In this document: piece by piece, positions 11,688-24,950 of the stretch
Layout of the letters: each line of letters opens with the position of its first letter
Position numbering within the stretch: the stretch's first letter is position 1
NCBI RefSeq assembly: GCF_006345805.1
Contig: NW_021834588.1
Coordinates: forward strand, 1-46,182
Direction of reading: 5' to 3'
Length of the DNA stretch: 46,182 bases
Source of the DNA: Octopus sinensis
Taxonomy: Eukaryota
Notes under the pieces: generated by a model
What the model saw: the letters and a program-made list of their open reading frames with translations, nothing else
Databases searched by the model: none
What the model was told of the DNA's origin: nothing
Position numbers and translations under genes: made by a program

Positions 11688-13252
11688 ATGCAGTTCGGAT
11701 CCAACTTACAGCGTCGGATCCAACTTACAGACGATATTTTGTTTAGTTAGATATAAATAGAGAATATAACGTACTATTGTTTATATGCAAAAGGTACTTT
11801 AATGCAAAACCTCTTAAACTATGTTTTTCAGAAAAATACAAGAATGTTTTCATTAACGATAAACTTGTCCTCCTCGATAATGACTCAGATTTATCCGCAT
11901 GAATGTATTTTAATATATTAATCTTCACAATTGTAGCAAAGTTTTGCAATGTTTATAAACAACCTAACTAGTTGAAGATTAATGTTAAATTATTCTTGTC
12001 GTTCGTAATACACGTGTGAATTGCGCAACATTCACCGGCTTTAACCTGTATCTCCCGAAGGTCACATCGTTTATCATTCATTTCAAGACGTGATAATATT
12101 TACAATGATTATGGCTTAATGAATTTAGCTTTTTTTTTTTAAGATGTGCATGAGTATCTGGGAATAATTAAACAGCAGCTGCAATATTTATTGATTCAAA
12201 ATAAATATTGAACCTAAACTAAAATAATAGTTATATCGTGCAGGCAAATGTATTTTAATGAAGACAATGGCGAAATAGGAGATGCAAGCATAATGGCGCC
12301 AACCTTAAAAATATTTTCGCAGCCGGGTCTTAGTGATGAATCAATTTGAACGGAATATATTAAGCGATTAATATATGCCATTTGCTTTTACCATTGATTT
12401 CTCTTGATGTTTATTTGAAAAGTTGTTGAATATTAAACTAGATTGCTAGAATCAAGATAAAATGGTTTTCGTTCAATGCTTATAGAAAATCAATTATCGT
12501 ATGGAATGGTATATGAATAAATAATAAGACTGTAATGTAAACTTTTGAAATGGGGGGAAAAAAGAAAAAACAACGAAAAGTAATTAAAGTATTAAGAATG
12601 CATTGAATGTTCTACAGAAGCAAATATAAATTGGATATTACAGAACATATATCTTTAATACTCAACCTATAATTATGTTTGAACATAGAGATAAACTCAC
12701 CGATGACAATAAATTAATAATAAGATGAAGAGATAGTTTTAATATGCTTCATAATAAAAAGGTAACTAAAAATACAATGTCCCCCAGAAAGAGAGATAAG
12801 ACATGGCTATATAATTTCCATACCTATGCGTTCACACTATTATCTGTTTGATTCCAGATATCATAAGGCTAGCAAGTGGCTCAGGTTCTTCAGTACCGGT
12901 TGCCCGATCGTGAAGCCGAGCAACGTACTCCGGAATCAAACACACACTCTCTCCCTCCTCCCTCTCTCCCTCCTCTCTCGCTCTCCTATCTCTCTCTCTA
13001 GCAAACACATACCAGTACCATCAACGATCCAGCTGGACGAGCTGGGAATAGATAACAGCACATGTTATCACTGTAGGAAGCAGTCTCGATTGATTCTGTA
13101 TTGGAATAGCTTTTAACAATAAACCCACGCGGTTCTTTCAGCTAACAGTATGCTAAACTAGTTGCAAGTATATATCGTAGCCGCATAGGAACTGTTCCTT
13201 TTTAGCGTAGAGCTATGGTAACAATTCATAATTTGTGAGATTAAGTGAGCAT

Positions 13253-13432
13253 ATGGCAGCTAGCTGGTAGAATCTTTAGTGCGACGGACAAAATGCTTAC
13301 TGATGTTTTTTCCGGCTCTTTATGTTCCGAATTCAAGTCCCGCCGAAATCAACTTTGCCTTTACGGAGTGGGTAAATCAGAGTGTCAGTCAAGGGCTGGC
13401 TGGAGTCGATGTAATCAACTTTGACTTGTCCC
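13253..13432 (+). mobile_element. SINE family B, old degenerate copy
   Basis: Head, B-box and CAACTTTGCCTTT core are recognisable. Confidence 0.7.
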
Positions 13433-13684
13433 TGTTTCCCTCAAAATAACCGTCTTTGGATCCTGCAACAGATCAGCATCTTATTCTGAGGAGCGTCGGA
13501 GTCTCGATGCCATGGAAACCGAATAACCAGCCTAACTCCAAGGAATACATAAAAAAAGCATATGGCGTACAAGTGCGCTGCATCTACAGTAAAACACTGC
13601 AATAAACAGCTAATAGGTTTTAATTGCGTGCTCCGACATTGTGCATTCATATACTATGGTTTCTATTCCAGTTATATGTTCTAA

Positions 13685-14484
13685 TGTGGAGGCGCAATGG
13701 CCCAGTGGTTAGGGCAGCGGACTCGCGGTCGTAGGATTGCGGTTTCGATTCCCAGACCGGGCGTTGTAAGTGTTTATTGAGCGAAAACACCTAAAAAGCT
13801 CCACGAGGCTCCGGCAGGGGATGGTGGTGATCCCTGCTGTACTCTTTCACCACAAACTTTCTCTCACTCTTACTTCCTGTTTCTGTTGTACCTGTATATC
13901 AAAGGACCGGCCTTGTCACTCTCTGTGTCACGCTGAATATCATAGGATCGCGGTTTCGATTCCAGACCGGGCGTTGTGAGTGTTTATTGAGCGAAAACAC
14001 CTAAAGCTCCACGAGGCTCCGCAGGGGATGGTGATGATCTCTGCTGTACTCTTTCACCACAACTTTCTCTCACTCTTACTTCCTGTTTCTGTTGTACCTG
14101 TTAACAAAGGACCGGCCTTGTCACTCTCTGTGTCACGCTAATATCATAGATCGCGGTTTCGATTCCCAGACCGGGCGTTGTGAGTGTTTATTGAGCGAAA
14201 ACACCTAAAGCTCCACGAGGCTCCGGCAGGGGATGGTGGTGATCCCTGCTGTACTCTTTCACCACAACTTTCTCTCACTCTTACTTCCTGTTTCTGTTGT
14301 ACCTGTATATCAAAGGGCCGGCCTTGTCACTCTCTGTGTCACGCTGAATATCCCCGAGAACTACGTTAAGGGTACACGTGTCTGTGGAGTGCTCAGCCAC
14401 TTACACGTTAATTTCACGAGCAAGCTGTTCCGTTGATCGGATCAACCGGAACCCTCGTCGTCGTAACCGACGGAGTGCTTCCAA
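13685..14484 (+). mobile_element. SINE family C (tRNA-Arg-like head, OR1-like) with an internal ~205-bp segment in three tandem copies
   Basis: A box TGGCCCAGTGG, B box GGTTTCGATTCCC. Units at about 13731-13941, 13942-14145 and 14146-14351, then the normal 3' end. Probable 8-bp TSD TGTTCTAA (13677-13684, 14492-14499). Confidence 0.9.
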
Positions 14485-14693
14485 TCCAATGTGTTCTAAC
14501 GGTTATTTTTAATTGTTACACAGCAGGGTTAGTAGAAAAAAGCGGTCTCATTGCTGTTTTTAATAAAATTGTTAAATGAAAATTAGTATATCTGTCTCTT
14601 TTTACCAATCATGAAGTTACAGTGACGAAAACAAACCAACATTGGTTGCCAGTCGGTGTGGGAAGAAATACACAGGCACATGTGTGTGTGTGA

Positions 14694-14694
14694 G

Positions 14695-14790
<96 letters not shown>
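14694..14790. repeat. (ATCT)n microsatellite
   Basis: Direct read. Confidence 0.95.
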
Positions 14791-14792
<2 letters not shown>

Positions 14793-15009
14793 TATCTGTC
14801 TAGCTGTCTGTCTCTCTATCTGTCTGTTTGTCCGCCTGTCCTATCTAGTCAACATATGAGACCCAGAGACGCTCATAATACAAGACTCTTTGTAGCGTTC
14901 AAATGGTTTGAACTTACACTCCGAAATTTCTATCGAGGACTAAGTCCGCGGGTTAACGAGTGGCTGTAAAAGGAATCCGCGTGGACATAAACAAATAAGA
15001 TCGCTTAGG

Positions 15010-15055
<46 letters not shown>

Positions 15056-15120
15056 CACAGACACACGCACACACACAGACACACACACACACCACACACA
15101 TACACACATATATATATATG
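15010..15120. repeat. (CA)n tract
   Basis: Direct read. Confidence 0.9.
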
Positions 15121-15123
15121 AGA

Positions 15124-15421
15124 TATTGTTAGTGTTTGTTCCTTCCCGAACCATGCCTGGATCCTAGGGGCTGGGTTCCCGGTTTCATTGGCGTATAGGT
15201 TCCTCATCTGGAAGGGACGCCGGTCTGTCACAGGTGAGTTGCAAGATGCAGGAAGAAAGAGTGAAAGAAATTTGTGGTGAAAGAGTCAGCAGAAGTTCGC
15301 CTTTACCTTCTGCAGAAACCGCGTGGAGCTCATAAACGCACACATCGCTCGCTCTGAGATTCGAACCCGAGATCCCTTGACCGCGAGTCTGCTGTTGTAA
15401 CCACTAGGCCATGTGCCTCCA
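15124..15421 (-). mobile_element. SINE related to family C (same head and central domain) with a different 3' tail
   Basis: Minus strand: GTGGAGGCACATGGCCTAGTGG..GACTCGCGGTC..GGGTTCGAATCTC..AGCTCCACG..ACTCTTTCACCACAA matches family C. It diverges afterwards into ..GAAACCGGGAACC..CCAGGCATGG..AAGGAACAAAC. Confidence 0.8.
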
Positions 15422-15442
15422 CCATATAAGATATACTTACAT

Positions 15443-15607
15443 ATATGACACGGGATTCCACACAGATTATCTCGACCAAATTTGGTAGAGCTTTGGTCGG
15501 CTCAGAGTCATAGTAAAAGACATTTGCTTGTTCAAAGTGACTCGTAACGGGACTGAGTCCATATCACGAGATTGCAAAGAGAACTTCCCATGAACGCAGC
15601 CTTGCCT
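15443..15607 (-). mobile_element. SINE family A, highly degenerate 5' half
   Basis: TTGGTCGGCTC..ATAG..AAGACATTTGC..GGGACTGAGTCC aligns loosely to the reverse complement of the family A head. Confidence 0.5.
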
Positions 15608-16172
15608 ACAGCAAATAAATTTTGTTGTATTTTAAGTTACATTTATAAAAATATTATTTGTCGCCATTAAATAGAGTTGTTTTTAGATCGCGCATTAAAA
15701 GCAAATAAAATATTGTACAAGAATGCATTATGGGATTCTCAATGATTGTACAACTTAAAAGTGATCGATACTGTTCAATAATTTTTGTCATATCAGTTCG
15801 ATAAAATACTTATCAGCCATTTATGTGGATCGATATAATCAAAAGATATCGAAAAATGTTGCTTATCTTAAAAACAGATAATTAACAACAGCGCGTAATT
15901 ATAATGATAATCGATACGATAAATATTAGTTTTTGCAATCATAGGCAAACCCGCACATATTTTATAGGCGGGTTTATGGTGTCGCTAGAGCGTGTACCGC
16001 TGGGGGTCGGTCTATTGATTTCCCGTCACTCGCCTCTTCACACCCATTATAGGCTTACACACCAGACTGAAAAGCGCCGTTCCCATAAAGCCCCGTCCGG
16101 GGTGGACCGCCTGCTCCAACTCTTAGCTATGCTACGGAGGGGTTTACTTTGTTTCTTTGACCCCAGAGAGTA

Positions 16173-16428
16173 GTTCTTTCTAATTTTAACACAAGACAGG
16201 AAATCGTAGGAAATGGCTAGGAAAGGCTAGCAGGAAATGGCTAGCAATCTTAGAGAAAATCAATAACATCGACCCCAGTGCTCCCTTGGTATATATTTTA
16301 TCAACACCAAACGGATGAAAGGCAAAGCCGACTCCAGTGGTATTTGAACTCGAAACGTAAACCCAGAAGAAATGCCGCTAAGCCTTTATATTTTCAAGCG
16401 TGCTAAAGGTTCTGCTAAGTCGTTGCCT
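16173..16428 (-). mobile_element. SINE family B, degenerate, with a small AGGAAATGGCT tandem expansion
   Basis: ATCGACCCCAGTG..GGATGAAAGGCAAAG..ATTTGAACTC..AAATGCCGCTAAGC. Confidence 0.75.
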
Positions 16429-16791
16429 CATCCCAGAAGAATAATTGCTAGAGCTGAACTCAACAGAATTCGATCTCTGAATTTAACAAACCACAACTGG
16501 ATACCTCGATGTGCTACATCAGCCACAACAACATTAATTAATTCAACACGACGATGATGACCGTCAACAACACGAGGAAGAAGAACAGACCCTCAAATAA
16601 AACATGGAACTAATTAACGATAGTAACAATACATTTTATACATTCATATTGAGACAAATGGCAACTATCTTCCAATATATTTAATTCAGGTTTCTTATGC
16701 CACCGAATTTCATATTATTCTCCATATTGTTTCAATAAGTTATTATGGTGATCCAAATAAGAATATAGCCATACATTACTCACATACGCAG

Positions 16792-17222
16792 CTGCTGCTG
16801 CTGCTTCTTCTTCTTCTTCTTCTTCTTCTTCTTCTTCTTCTTCTTCTCCTTCTCCTTCTTCTTCTTCTTCTTGTTCTTGTTTTTGTTCTTGTTCTTGTTC
16901 TTGTTCTTGTTCTTGTTCTTACGTCGTTCGTTCTGTTCTTGGTTCTTGTTTTGTTCTTCTTCTTCTTCTTCTTCTTCTTCTTTTCGTGTTCTTGTTCTTG
17001 TTCTTCTTGTTCTTCTTCTTCTTCTTCTTCTTCTTGTTCTTCTTGTTCTTCTTCTTCTTCTTGTTCTTCTTGTTCTTCTGCTTCTTGTTCTTCTGCTTCT
17101 TCTTCGCTACAAGTTCATTTATACATTTTGGAGCAGAAGGAGAGAGAGAGAGAGAGAAGAAGAAGAAGAAGAAGAAATAAAGAGAGAGAGAGAAGAAGAA
17201 GAAGAAGAAAGAAAGAGAGAGA
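16792..17222. repeat. (CTT)n/(GTTCTT)n tract followed by a (GAA)n/(GA)n tract
   Basis: Pyrimidine-rich 16805-17103, purine-rich 17135-17222. Confidence 0.95.
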
Positions 17223-17486
17223 GTCTTAATTTCTTCATTTCCTGAACAAATAATGATAGAGGAGGGTTTGACATCGGATGAACTTGAAATCCGACAACAA
17301 AACAGTAAAACTAGACAAGAGCAACAACAGCAACAACAACAAAATCTACTACTACTACTACTATACTACTACTGAATTTCTTCATCGTTATATTTCGGCT
17401 TCTTTGTTTTCCCTTTCCTTCACATCTACTTTTCTGTTTTCTTCAATTTAGATAATTTCTTTCTACTTTCGACACATAATCAACAG

Positions 17487-17659
17487 ACGAACTCGATTGC
17501 CTCGACACCAGTAGTAAGAGTGGCACTTATTAATCTCGACTCCGAGAGGCTGAAAGGCAGCGTCAGTATTTGAACGCAGAATGTTAGCAACCAGAGAAAA
17601 AAAAATAAATGCCTCTAAGCATTTTGTCCGATGCGGCAACGATTCTGCCAGCTTGGCGT
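17487..17659 (-). mobile_element. SINE family B, degenerate
   Basis: GAAAGGCA..ATTTGAACGCAGAATG..TAAGCATTTTGTCCG..ACGATTCTGCCAGC. Confidence 0.7.
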
Positions 17660-17994
17660 ATTTAACTTTTAGAATATGGTGTGGTTGTAGAAAAAACCCC
17701 CAGAAGATTAGAGATTTAGGGAAAAAGCACAGGTGATTATATCGACATCATCAGGATTTGAACTCAAAACAAAAAGAGCTGATGGACATACCGCATGGCA
17801 TCTGGATCAGAGCTCTAATGATCCAACAAAGAGTTTCCCACCAAATAAATAAAATCCTTTTAACTCGCAGCGTAGCATTTGGCCGTGTTTCTTCGGTTGC
17901 TTTTAGCGAGTGCAAAGTTTTTGTTCAATAAAGATATTTACATAATCTGCCGTTGAAAAACATTACCAAATACTTCTCTCTTGCTCTCCCTCAT

Positions 17995-18150
17995 CACACA
18001 TACATGCACACACACACACAAGTACATGTTATATGTATACACATATGTAAAGAGGGAGGGAAGAGACAAGCAGATAGAGCATATATATACACACGCATAT
18101 ATATATATGCTTACATACATACACCACACCATATAATATATACATGTATA

Positions 18151-18182
<32 letters not shown>

Positions 18183-18311
18183 ATAATCTATATCTCTATC
18201 TATATTATATATATAATATATATAATATATATATATATATACACATATATATATACATATATATATATACATATATATATATATAATATAATAGATTACT
18301 TATATCTATGA

Positions 18312-18347
<36 letters not shown>

Positions 18348-18402
18348 TATAGATATATATATAGATATACTACATATACAATGTATATATATATATATAT
18401 AT

Positions 18403-18435
<33 letters not shown>

Positions 18436-18440
18436 GTAGA
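17995..18440. repeat. (TA)n/(CA)n low-complexity tract
   Basis: Direct read. Confidence 0.9.
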
Positions 18441-20004
18441 ACCTCTATTCATTTGTCCATGTCTCCTTCCCTCTCTCTTTTCCTCTCTTCCTTCCACCGT
18501 ACTCCCTGCTCTTCCTCTTATCCTCTTCATTTAATGCCGCATCACTAAGCTTAATTCCCATCGCACATGACTCTCCATATGCTATTTCAATTGTAGATCG
18601 TAACTAAAAGAACCACGGCCATATTGCTTCATCGCCGAAGTATATTATTAGCCGAAGAGCGCAGCTAAGTTCGTTATATTTCCACAAACTGCCAATAAGT
18701 GCATGTTTATCTAAACATACATTAAGGAGATTATTTCGAAACATGGTAAATTAAAAGTATTTACGAATGTTTGATTCTTAGTCACGTACCTTAGAGTCCA
18801 TCGTTGATGACAAGGACCTTTCTTATCTTTTTTTCTACTCTATGTGTAAGAATAACACCAACATTAAGCGTATTTGATAAGCAGAGAAAGCCAGGACCTT
18901 TGAATAGCTTATGTTTAAAACGGTAGGAAATATTTTCGAGTCCATTTACTGAAATGCATAATAATTATCGTCATCAAAACAATAATTTCGTATTTCAATA
19001 CATATAATTGAGACTGCTTTCAGGCAACATTGTTGAGTAATCCAGAGATAAGGCAACCAGTCTTTTGAATAACAAATATAATTTTGTAATTAATAATAGT
19101 AGATGGCTCTTTGGCACCAAGCAAATATTTATTCTGCTAATGATCCTATTTAACCCATGATATGTCTGTGAATAAAAAGGGTATAGTCATTCAATATTAT
19201 TGCGAAAATTCTTGTTTCATTTAAGATACATGAAGTTATATTTATTCTTTGAATGGAAAGAAAGAATTGAGAAAATTATATACGTTTGTAAGATTTTTAT
19301 CTAAATCATTACTAAAATGGGTTTTTGTTGTTTTAGCCCCCAGTCACCCCCATGGAACATATTGCATGTTCTTGTGTCATTTAAATTGTCAGTTCTTCCT
19401 AGTTTATTGCACTAAAAGAGCTACACCATTTTTCAATATGAATGTCAAAGAATCATATATGAATATCTTTTTTTTTTCTGGTTTACTCTCTCGAGAATAA
19501 TTTGGTCTGTTGGAATTCGAACGCTGCATATAATATATATTGTGGAAACGGCATAATTCAAAACAGGAGATGATTCGGTTTGCGAAGCGCTTAAAACACT
19601 TCCGTACATTTCCCACAGAACGCCATTATTGAAGTAAAGGTTAGCAAACATTCGCTACTCCATTAATATACTAATCGCTTTTGTATAAATAAATTTAACA
19701 GAGAATGGTTGTTTGAAATGGTCTATCGGAAATTCAATAAGAATACTTCCCTGATAATCTCAGAACTAAAGCAAAGACATTGAGAGTGATTTGGGAAAAG
19801 TTTGGTAACTTTGAAGTGTTGACAGCAACGCTTATTTCCTAATTATCCTCCTTTTAGATCGATTATCAGTTTTCGATCTCGAAGACAAAACAGAGTAACA
19901 AATATTAACAGTGCCATGTCATTCTGAACCGCGGTCGATAAATACTGTACACATAAGGATTAACCAAATGATTCTAATATAAGTTCAGTTTCATCAAAGT
20001 TTAC

Positions 20005-20595
<591 letters not shown>

Positions 20596-20994
20596 AACCC
20601 ACTCCATCCGTCTGCGCAGTTAAGCGTAAGAACTTAAACAAACCACAATGCATCTATTGTTTGTTATATCACTTGACCATCTTTTCTGCTTGTTTTTCTC
20701 TCACTTTGCCGTAGACCACATATAGACACACCGACGTAATACCTACTATAATCATATTATAGTCGATCTCTAAATAATATTAACTGAAATTGCTAACAGG
20801 TCGTTCTTTATGTGTTTGTCATTCTGTGTATACTCGCTTCTAACAGTTTTTAATTATTCCTGTACATTAGCAAACCCATGTACTAAGTTTATTTAAAATT
20901 ACTATCATATTTATGACATAAATGCTGTTATATCCCAGCAGCACGTAAGTTGGAATAACAAGCGTTATACAAACTTTACGATAGTATATTTATT

Positions 20995-21403
20995 GGCGTA
21001 GGAATGGCTGTGTGGTAAGTAGCTTGCTTACCAACCACACGGTTCTGGGTTCAGTCTCACTGCGTTGCACCTTGGGCAGGTGTCACCTACTATAGCCTCG
21101 GGCCGACCAAAGCCTTGTGAGTGGATTTCGTAGACGGAAACTGAAAGAAGCCCGTCGTATATATATATATATATGTATGTATGTGTATATATATATATAT
21201 ATATATATGTGTATGTGTGTGCATATATTTGTGTGTCTGTGTTTGTCCCTCCACCATCGCTTGACAACCGACGGTGGTGTCTTTACGTCCCCGTAACTTG
21301 CGGTTCGGTAAAATGGACCGATATAATAAGTACTAGACTTAAGTCCTGGGGTAGATTTGCTCCAGCATGGCCGCAGTCAAATGACTGAAACAAGTAAAAG
21401 AGT
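20995..21403 (+). mobile_element. SINE family A, full length, older copy with a small 3' deletion
   Basis: Aligns end to end with the 9511 copy but lacks CGACTAAAGGCGGTGCT. Confidence 0.9.
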
Positions 21404-21724
21404 ATGTGTGGACTTATCGCAAGGGTATTCCGCTCAGGATCATAATAACCTGGGTTCAATTCTTAGAGAGGATGTTGTGTTGTCTCTTTTAACAAGAAAC
21501 TTTATCATACTGCTTCAGTTTACACTGCCAAGTGCTGGTGCAGTTCTCTCTTTCTCTCACACTCTCTCTCTCCCCTCTCTTTCTCTTTGCAACTTTCATA
21601 CCATGGATGTATCGCTGGGACAAAGGGTAGGAGGGTCAAGAGGATACCTATGTCTACTCACGACTGCATACGTACCTAAAACCATTAAAGAAGGCATGGT
21701 ACATGTAACCAATCAATGTTAGTC

Positions 21725-21897
21725 GTATTTCTTCCGGTTTTGCGTCCTGAGTTCAAATCCCATTGAGTTTGACTTTGAATTTCATCCATTCGGGGTCAAT
21801 AAAATAAGTACCAGTTGATGCACTGGGGTCGATGTAATCGACTTAACGCCTCCCCACGAATCGCTGGACTTGTGCTTCTAGTAGAAAGAGTTATTAA
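21725..21897 (+). mobile_element. SINE family B, short-tail variant, 5' truncated
   Basis: GAGTTCAAATCC..TTTCATCCATTCGGGGTC..GGGGTCGATGTAATCGACT..GTAGAAAG. Confidence 0.85.
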
Positions 21898-21904
21898 TCA
21901 TAAG

Positions 21905-22089
21905 GGATTCAACTTTTGGCACAAGGTTAGTAGTTCTAGGGCTTAGCTGGGTATTTATTTTACCAACTCTGAAACAGATGGAAAGCAAAGTCGACCTCAG
22001 CAGCATTTGAACTCACAATGTCAGGACTGACGAAATGCCGATAAACACTCTTATATGGCGTGCTAACGAGTTTACCAGTTGGCTGCCTT
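21905..22089 (-). mobile_element. SINE family B, degenerate, tail-to-tail with the 21725 copy
   Basis: GCAAAGTCGACCTCAGCAGCATTTGAACTC..GCGTGCTAACG..GCTGCCTT. Confidence 0.75.
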
Positions 22090-22689
22090 AAAATTATTTA
22101 TCAGAATACAACAACACTGCTTAGATACAGAATTTAACGCGAATACATCTGATAAAATTGTGTTAAAATATCACAACCGTTCCATAATGAAACAACTTTT
22201 AATCTTAACATTAACCATAAAATAACCATTATTATTTTTTTATTATTAATCCTAATCTCTGTATTTTCAAAGTATCACTACTATATCTTATGCGATTATC
22301 GACTGGTTCAATTAACGACTGGTTTAATTTGTTAATATTCTCACAAGAAACACCTATTAATAGTATCTGAAGTTGTTTATTAGATACACATCGTAAAATA
22401 TATCTTTGCTGCCGAACAGAATATCGGCAAACTTTAAACATATCAGTCCAATACTAGAGAACGGGAGAAAACTAGTTAAAATGTCATTGTAATAACCTTT
22501 TACCATAATAATCAAAACTTCTTCCTAACTTTCTCTCTTTGTGGATTTTGCTTTCCTGATTACAAATATAATTTAATTTGTGTAAGCAAATTACTTCTGT
22601 AATCACGTAATTGATTTAGTAAACATAATTAAGACGCGTGCAATGTGCGCAAAAACGAAAATTTACTTGTTGTTCGTGGTTGAGCTTTA

Positions 22690-22775
22690 TGTATGTACGT
22701 ATGTATGTATGTATGTATGTATGTATGTATGTATGTATGTATGTATGTATGTATGTATGTATATGTCTATGCATG
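22690..22775. repeat. (ATGT)n microsatellite
   Basis: Direct read. Confidence 0.9.
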
Positions 22776-22874
22776 CATGCATGTTTGCGCGCATTATCCA
22801 CAGTAATTGACATGTGCAGTGTCCTACAAATTACTTCAAAGAAATCAGTTTCCGATATTCACACTGAAAAATAC

Positions 22875-22906
<32 letters not shown>

Positions 22907-23330
22907 TCGACTACAACAACGCAGAAATAAAACTTACTTACATTTCTCTTTTATTTTTTTTTTCTCCTTTTAACTGTGAATTATTTTCTTTTCGCAACAT
23001 TTCAAAGATTTTATAGATATCGTCACAAAAAAACGACACAACGTTAAACAAAATGATTAGATCTCTAAAATAATAGAAAAATGTCAGTATTGTTTTCTAT
23101 ACCTATAGCGTAGATGTGTCTATAGATATGATACAAAATAATGATAAACATGATTTTGTATTCTTTACACCACAAGAACAAGTTTTATTAAATAATTCGA
23201 TTATAATATATAGAATGCAACAAGATGTAAGAACCACGTTTCGAATTCACAATTTCCATCATTTTCTTCTTTATGTTCTTCACGTGAGGTTTTAAAATGC
23301 AACTTAATCTTCTTGTATTTCCTTTCCCAG

Positions 23331-23387
23331 AAAATATAAAAAATATTCTGCCTTGTCAACTATACCAGTATTCCACAACCCAATGGA
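23331..23387 (+). other. Candidate 57-nt symmetric exon
   Basis: Branch-like CTTAAT (23303-23308), CTTCTTGTATTTCCTTTCCCAG acceptor, GA|GTAAGT donor. Two of three frames are open (KYKKYSALSTIPVFHNPM or NIKNILPCQLYQYSTTQW). Confidence 0.35.
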
Positions 23388-23567
23388 GTAAGTGATCTCA
23401 CTTTACAAAGGTGCCTTCAAAGATGTCAGTGATTTTATTTTTTTCTCTAATACTGAATTTAAATCTATCAAGAACAACATTAAATTCTATTGTCTTTCGC
23501 TTCAAATTAAAGAATGTGTGTCGTCAAAACAACCCAACGTTTCATGCTAAATATTGGTCTCAAATAT

Positions 23568-23772
23568 TTTGGCACAAGAACAGCAATATAGGAGGAAGGG
23601 CCTAAGTCGATTCCTCGACCTCACTGTTCAGCTGGAACTTCTTTTATCGTCTACCAAAAGACGAAAAGGCAAAATCGATCTCGACGGAATTTGAACTCAG
23701 AATGTGAAGACGGATGAGATATCACTAAGCATTTTGCGCTGTGTGCTAACGGTTCTGCCACCTCACCGCCTT
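23568..23772 (-). mobile_element. SINE family B, full length, short-tail variant
   Basis: Reverse complement begins AAGGCGGTGAGGTGGCAGAA and carries the B core. Confidence 0.85.
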
Positions 23773-24564
23773 CTGTCTCTTACTAAATATGAAGGCGGGA
23801 TATGAAATAACGATCCTATAGGATGAAAATTGATGGTTTTAGTAACTAGGGATAGAACAAAAACCTAACCCAGGGCACCACAATACAAAATGGCAATTGC
23901 ACTTAACAAGATCTAATAGATATGTAACATTATCAAAGAGTTTTAGTTTTACAGGTTACGTATTTATGAAATAGGATGTAATGCTTACAAGAATAGAACA
24001 TACTTTAACTACACACACACACACACACACGCATACACGCACACACACACACAGACACACACACACACACACAGATACATCACGCTAAGGTTTCGCGTCG
24101 AAATATTTATTTCGTCATATATTGAGCTGATAAAATCACCGAAAAGTTTTAGTAACTGCGTGCGATGTAACTGGGGATTAAATTAGCATGCGCATTTAGA
24201 TGAGGTCAGGGAGAAATCAAGAGGAGATAATTAAATGCACGGGATTTATACGCAACGTTTTACTAGAATCAAAACAGACATAAACCGACAGTGCATAACC
24301 ATGATTAAAATATACCACCAATGAATTAAACAAAGTTCTTTAATTAGTTTAACTGACACAATCTATATGCATACATCTGAACCAGGAAACAAAATAAACT
24401 CTGACAATAAATGATAAACCCTTAATTAGTTTTACTGTTCAATACACTCACAAACATGCATACCATTAAAAATCCTCTAATCTTGACGAAAGCAACAATG
24501 TTTAGAAACAATAAAACAACGAAACAAAACAACTAAACAACAAAAAAGAAAAAGCATATCAAAA

Positions 24565-24950
24565 GCAGGAGTGGCTGTGTGGTAAGTAGTTTGCTAACCA
24601 ACCACATGGTTCCGGGTTCAGTCCCACTGCGTGGCATCTTGGGCAAGTGTCTTCTGCTATAGCCCCGGGCCGACCAATGCCTTGTGAGTGGATTTGGTAG
24701 ACGGAAACTGAAAGAAGCCTGTCGTATATATGTACATATATGTATATATGTGTGTGTGTGTGTTTGTCCCCCTAGCATTGCTTGACAACCGATGCTGGTG
24801 TGTTTACGTCCCCGTCACTTAGCGGTTCGGCAAAAAGAGACCGATAGAATAAGTACCGGGGTCGATTTACTCGACTGAAGGCGGTGCTCCAGCATGGCCG
24901 CAGTCAAATGACTGAAAGAAGTAAAAGAGTAAAAGAGAATAAAAGAGTAA
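24565..24950 (+). mobile_element. SINE family A, near full length
   Basis: Aligns with the 9511 copy, with a deletion in the 3' part. (GTAAAAGA)n tail. Confidence 0.92.

Noticed and set aside
13685-13765. tRNA genes at SINE heads (also 9511, 26650-26729, 27509 and others)
   Set aside because: A and B boxes are present, but no complete cloverleaf is evident and each continues into a SINE body.
15947-15988. Helitron 3' end (AAACCCGC/GCGGGTTT hairpin then CTAG)
   Set aside because: CTAG is followed by A rather than T and there is no other support.
24533-24778. Recurrent ORFs such as MLGGQT..KMPRSGTEPGTMWLVSKLLTTQP (also 21028, 25557, 39518)
   Set aside because: They are antisense translations of family A SINEs. 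The recurrence reflects repeat copy number.
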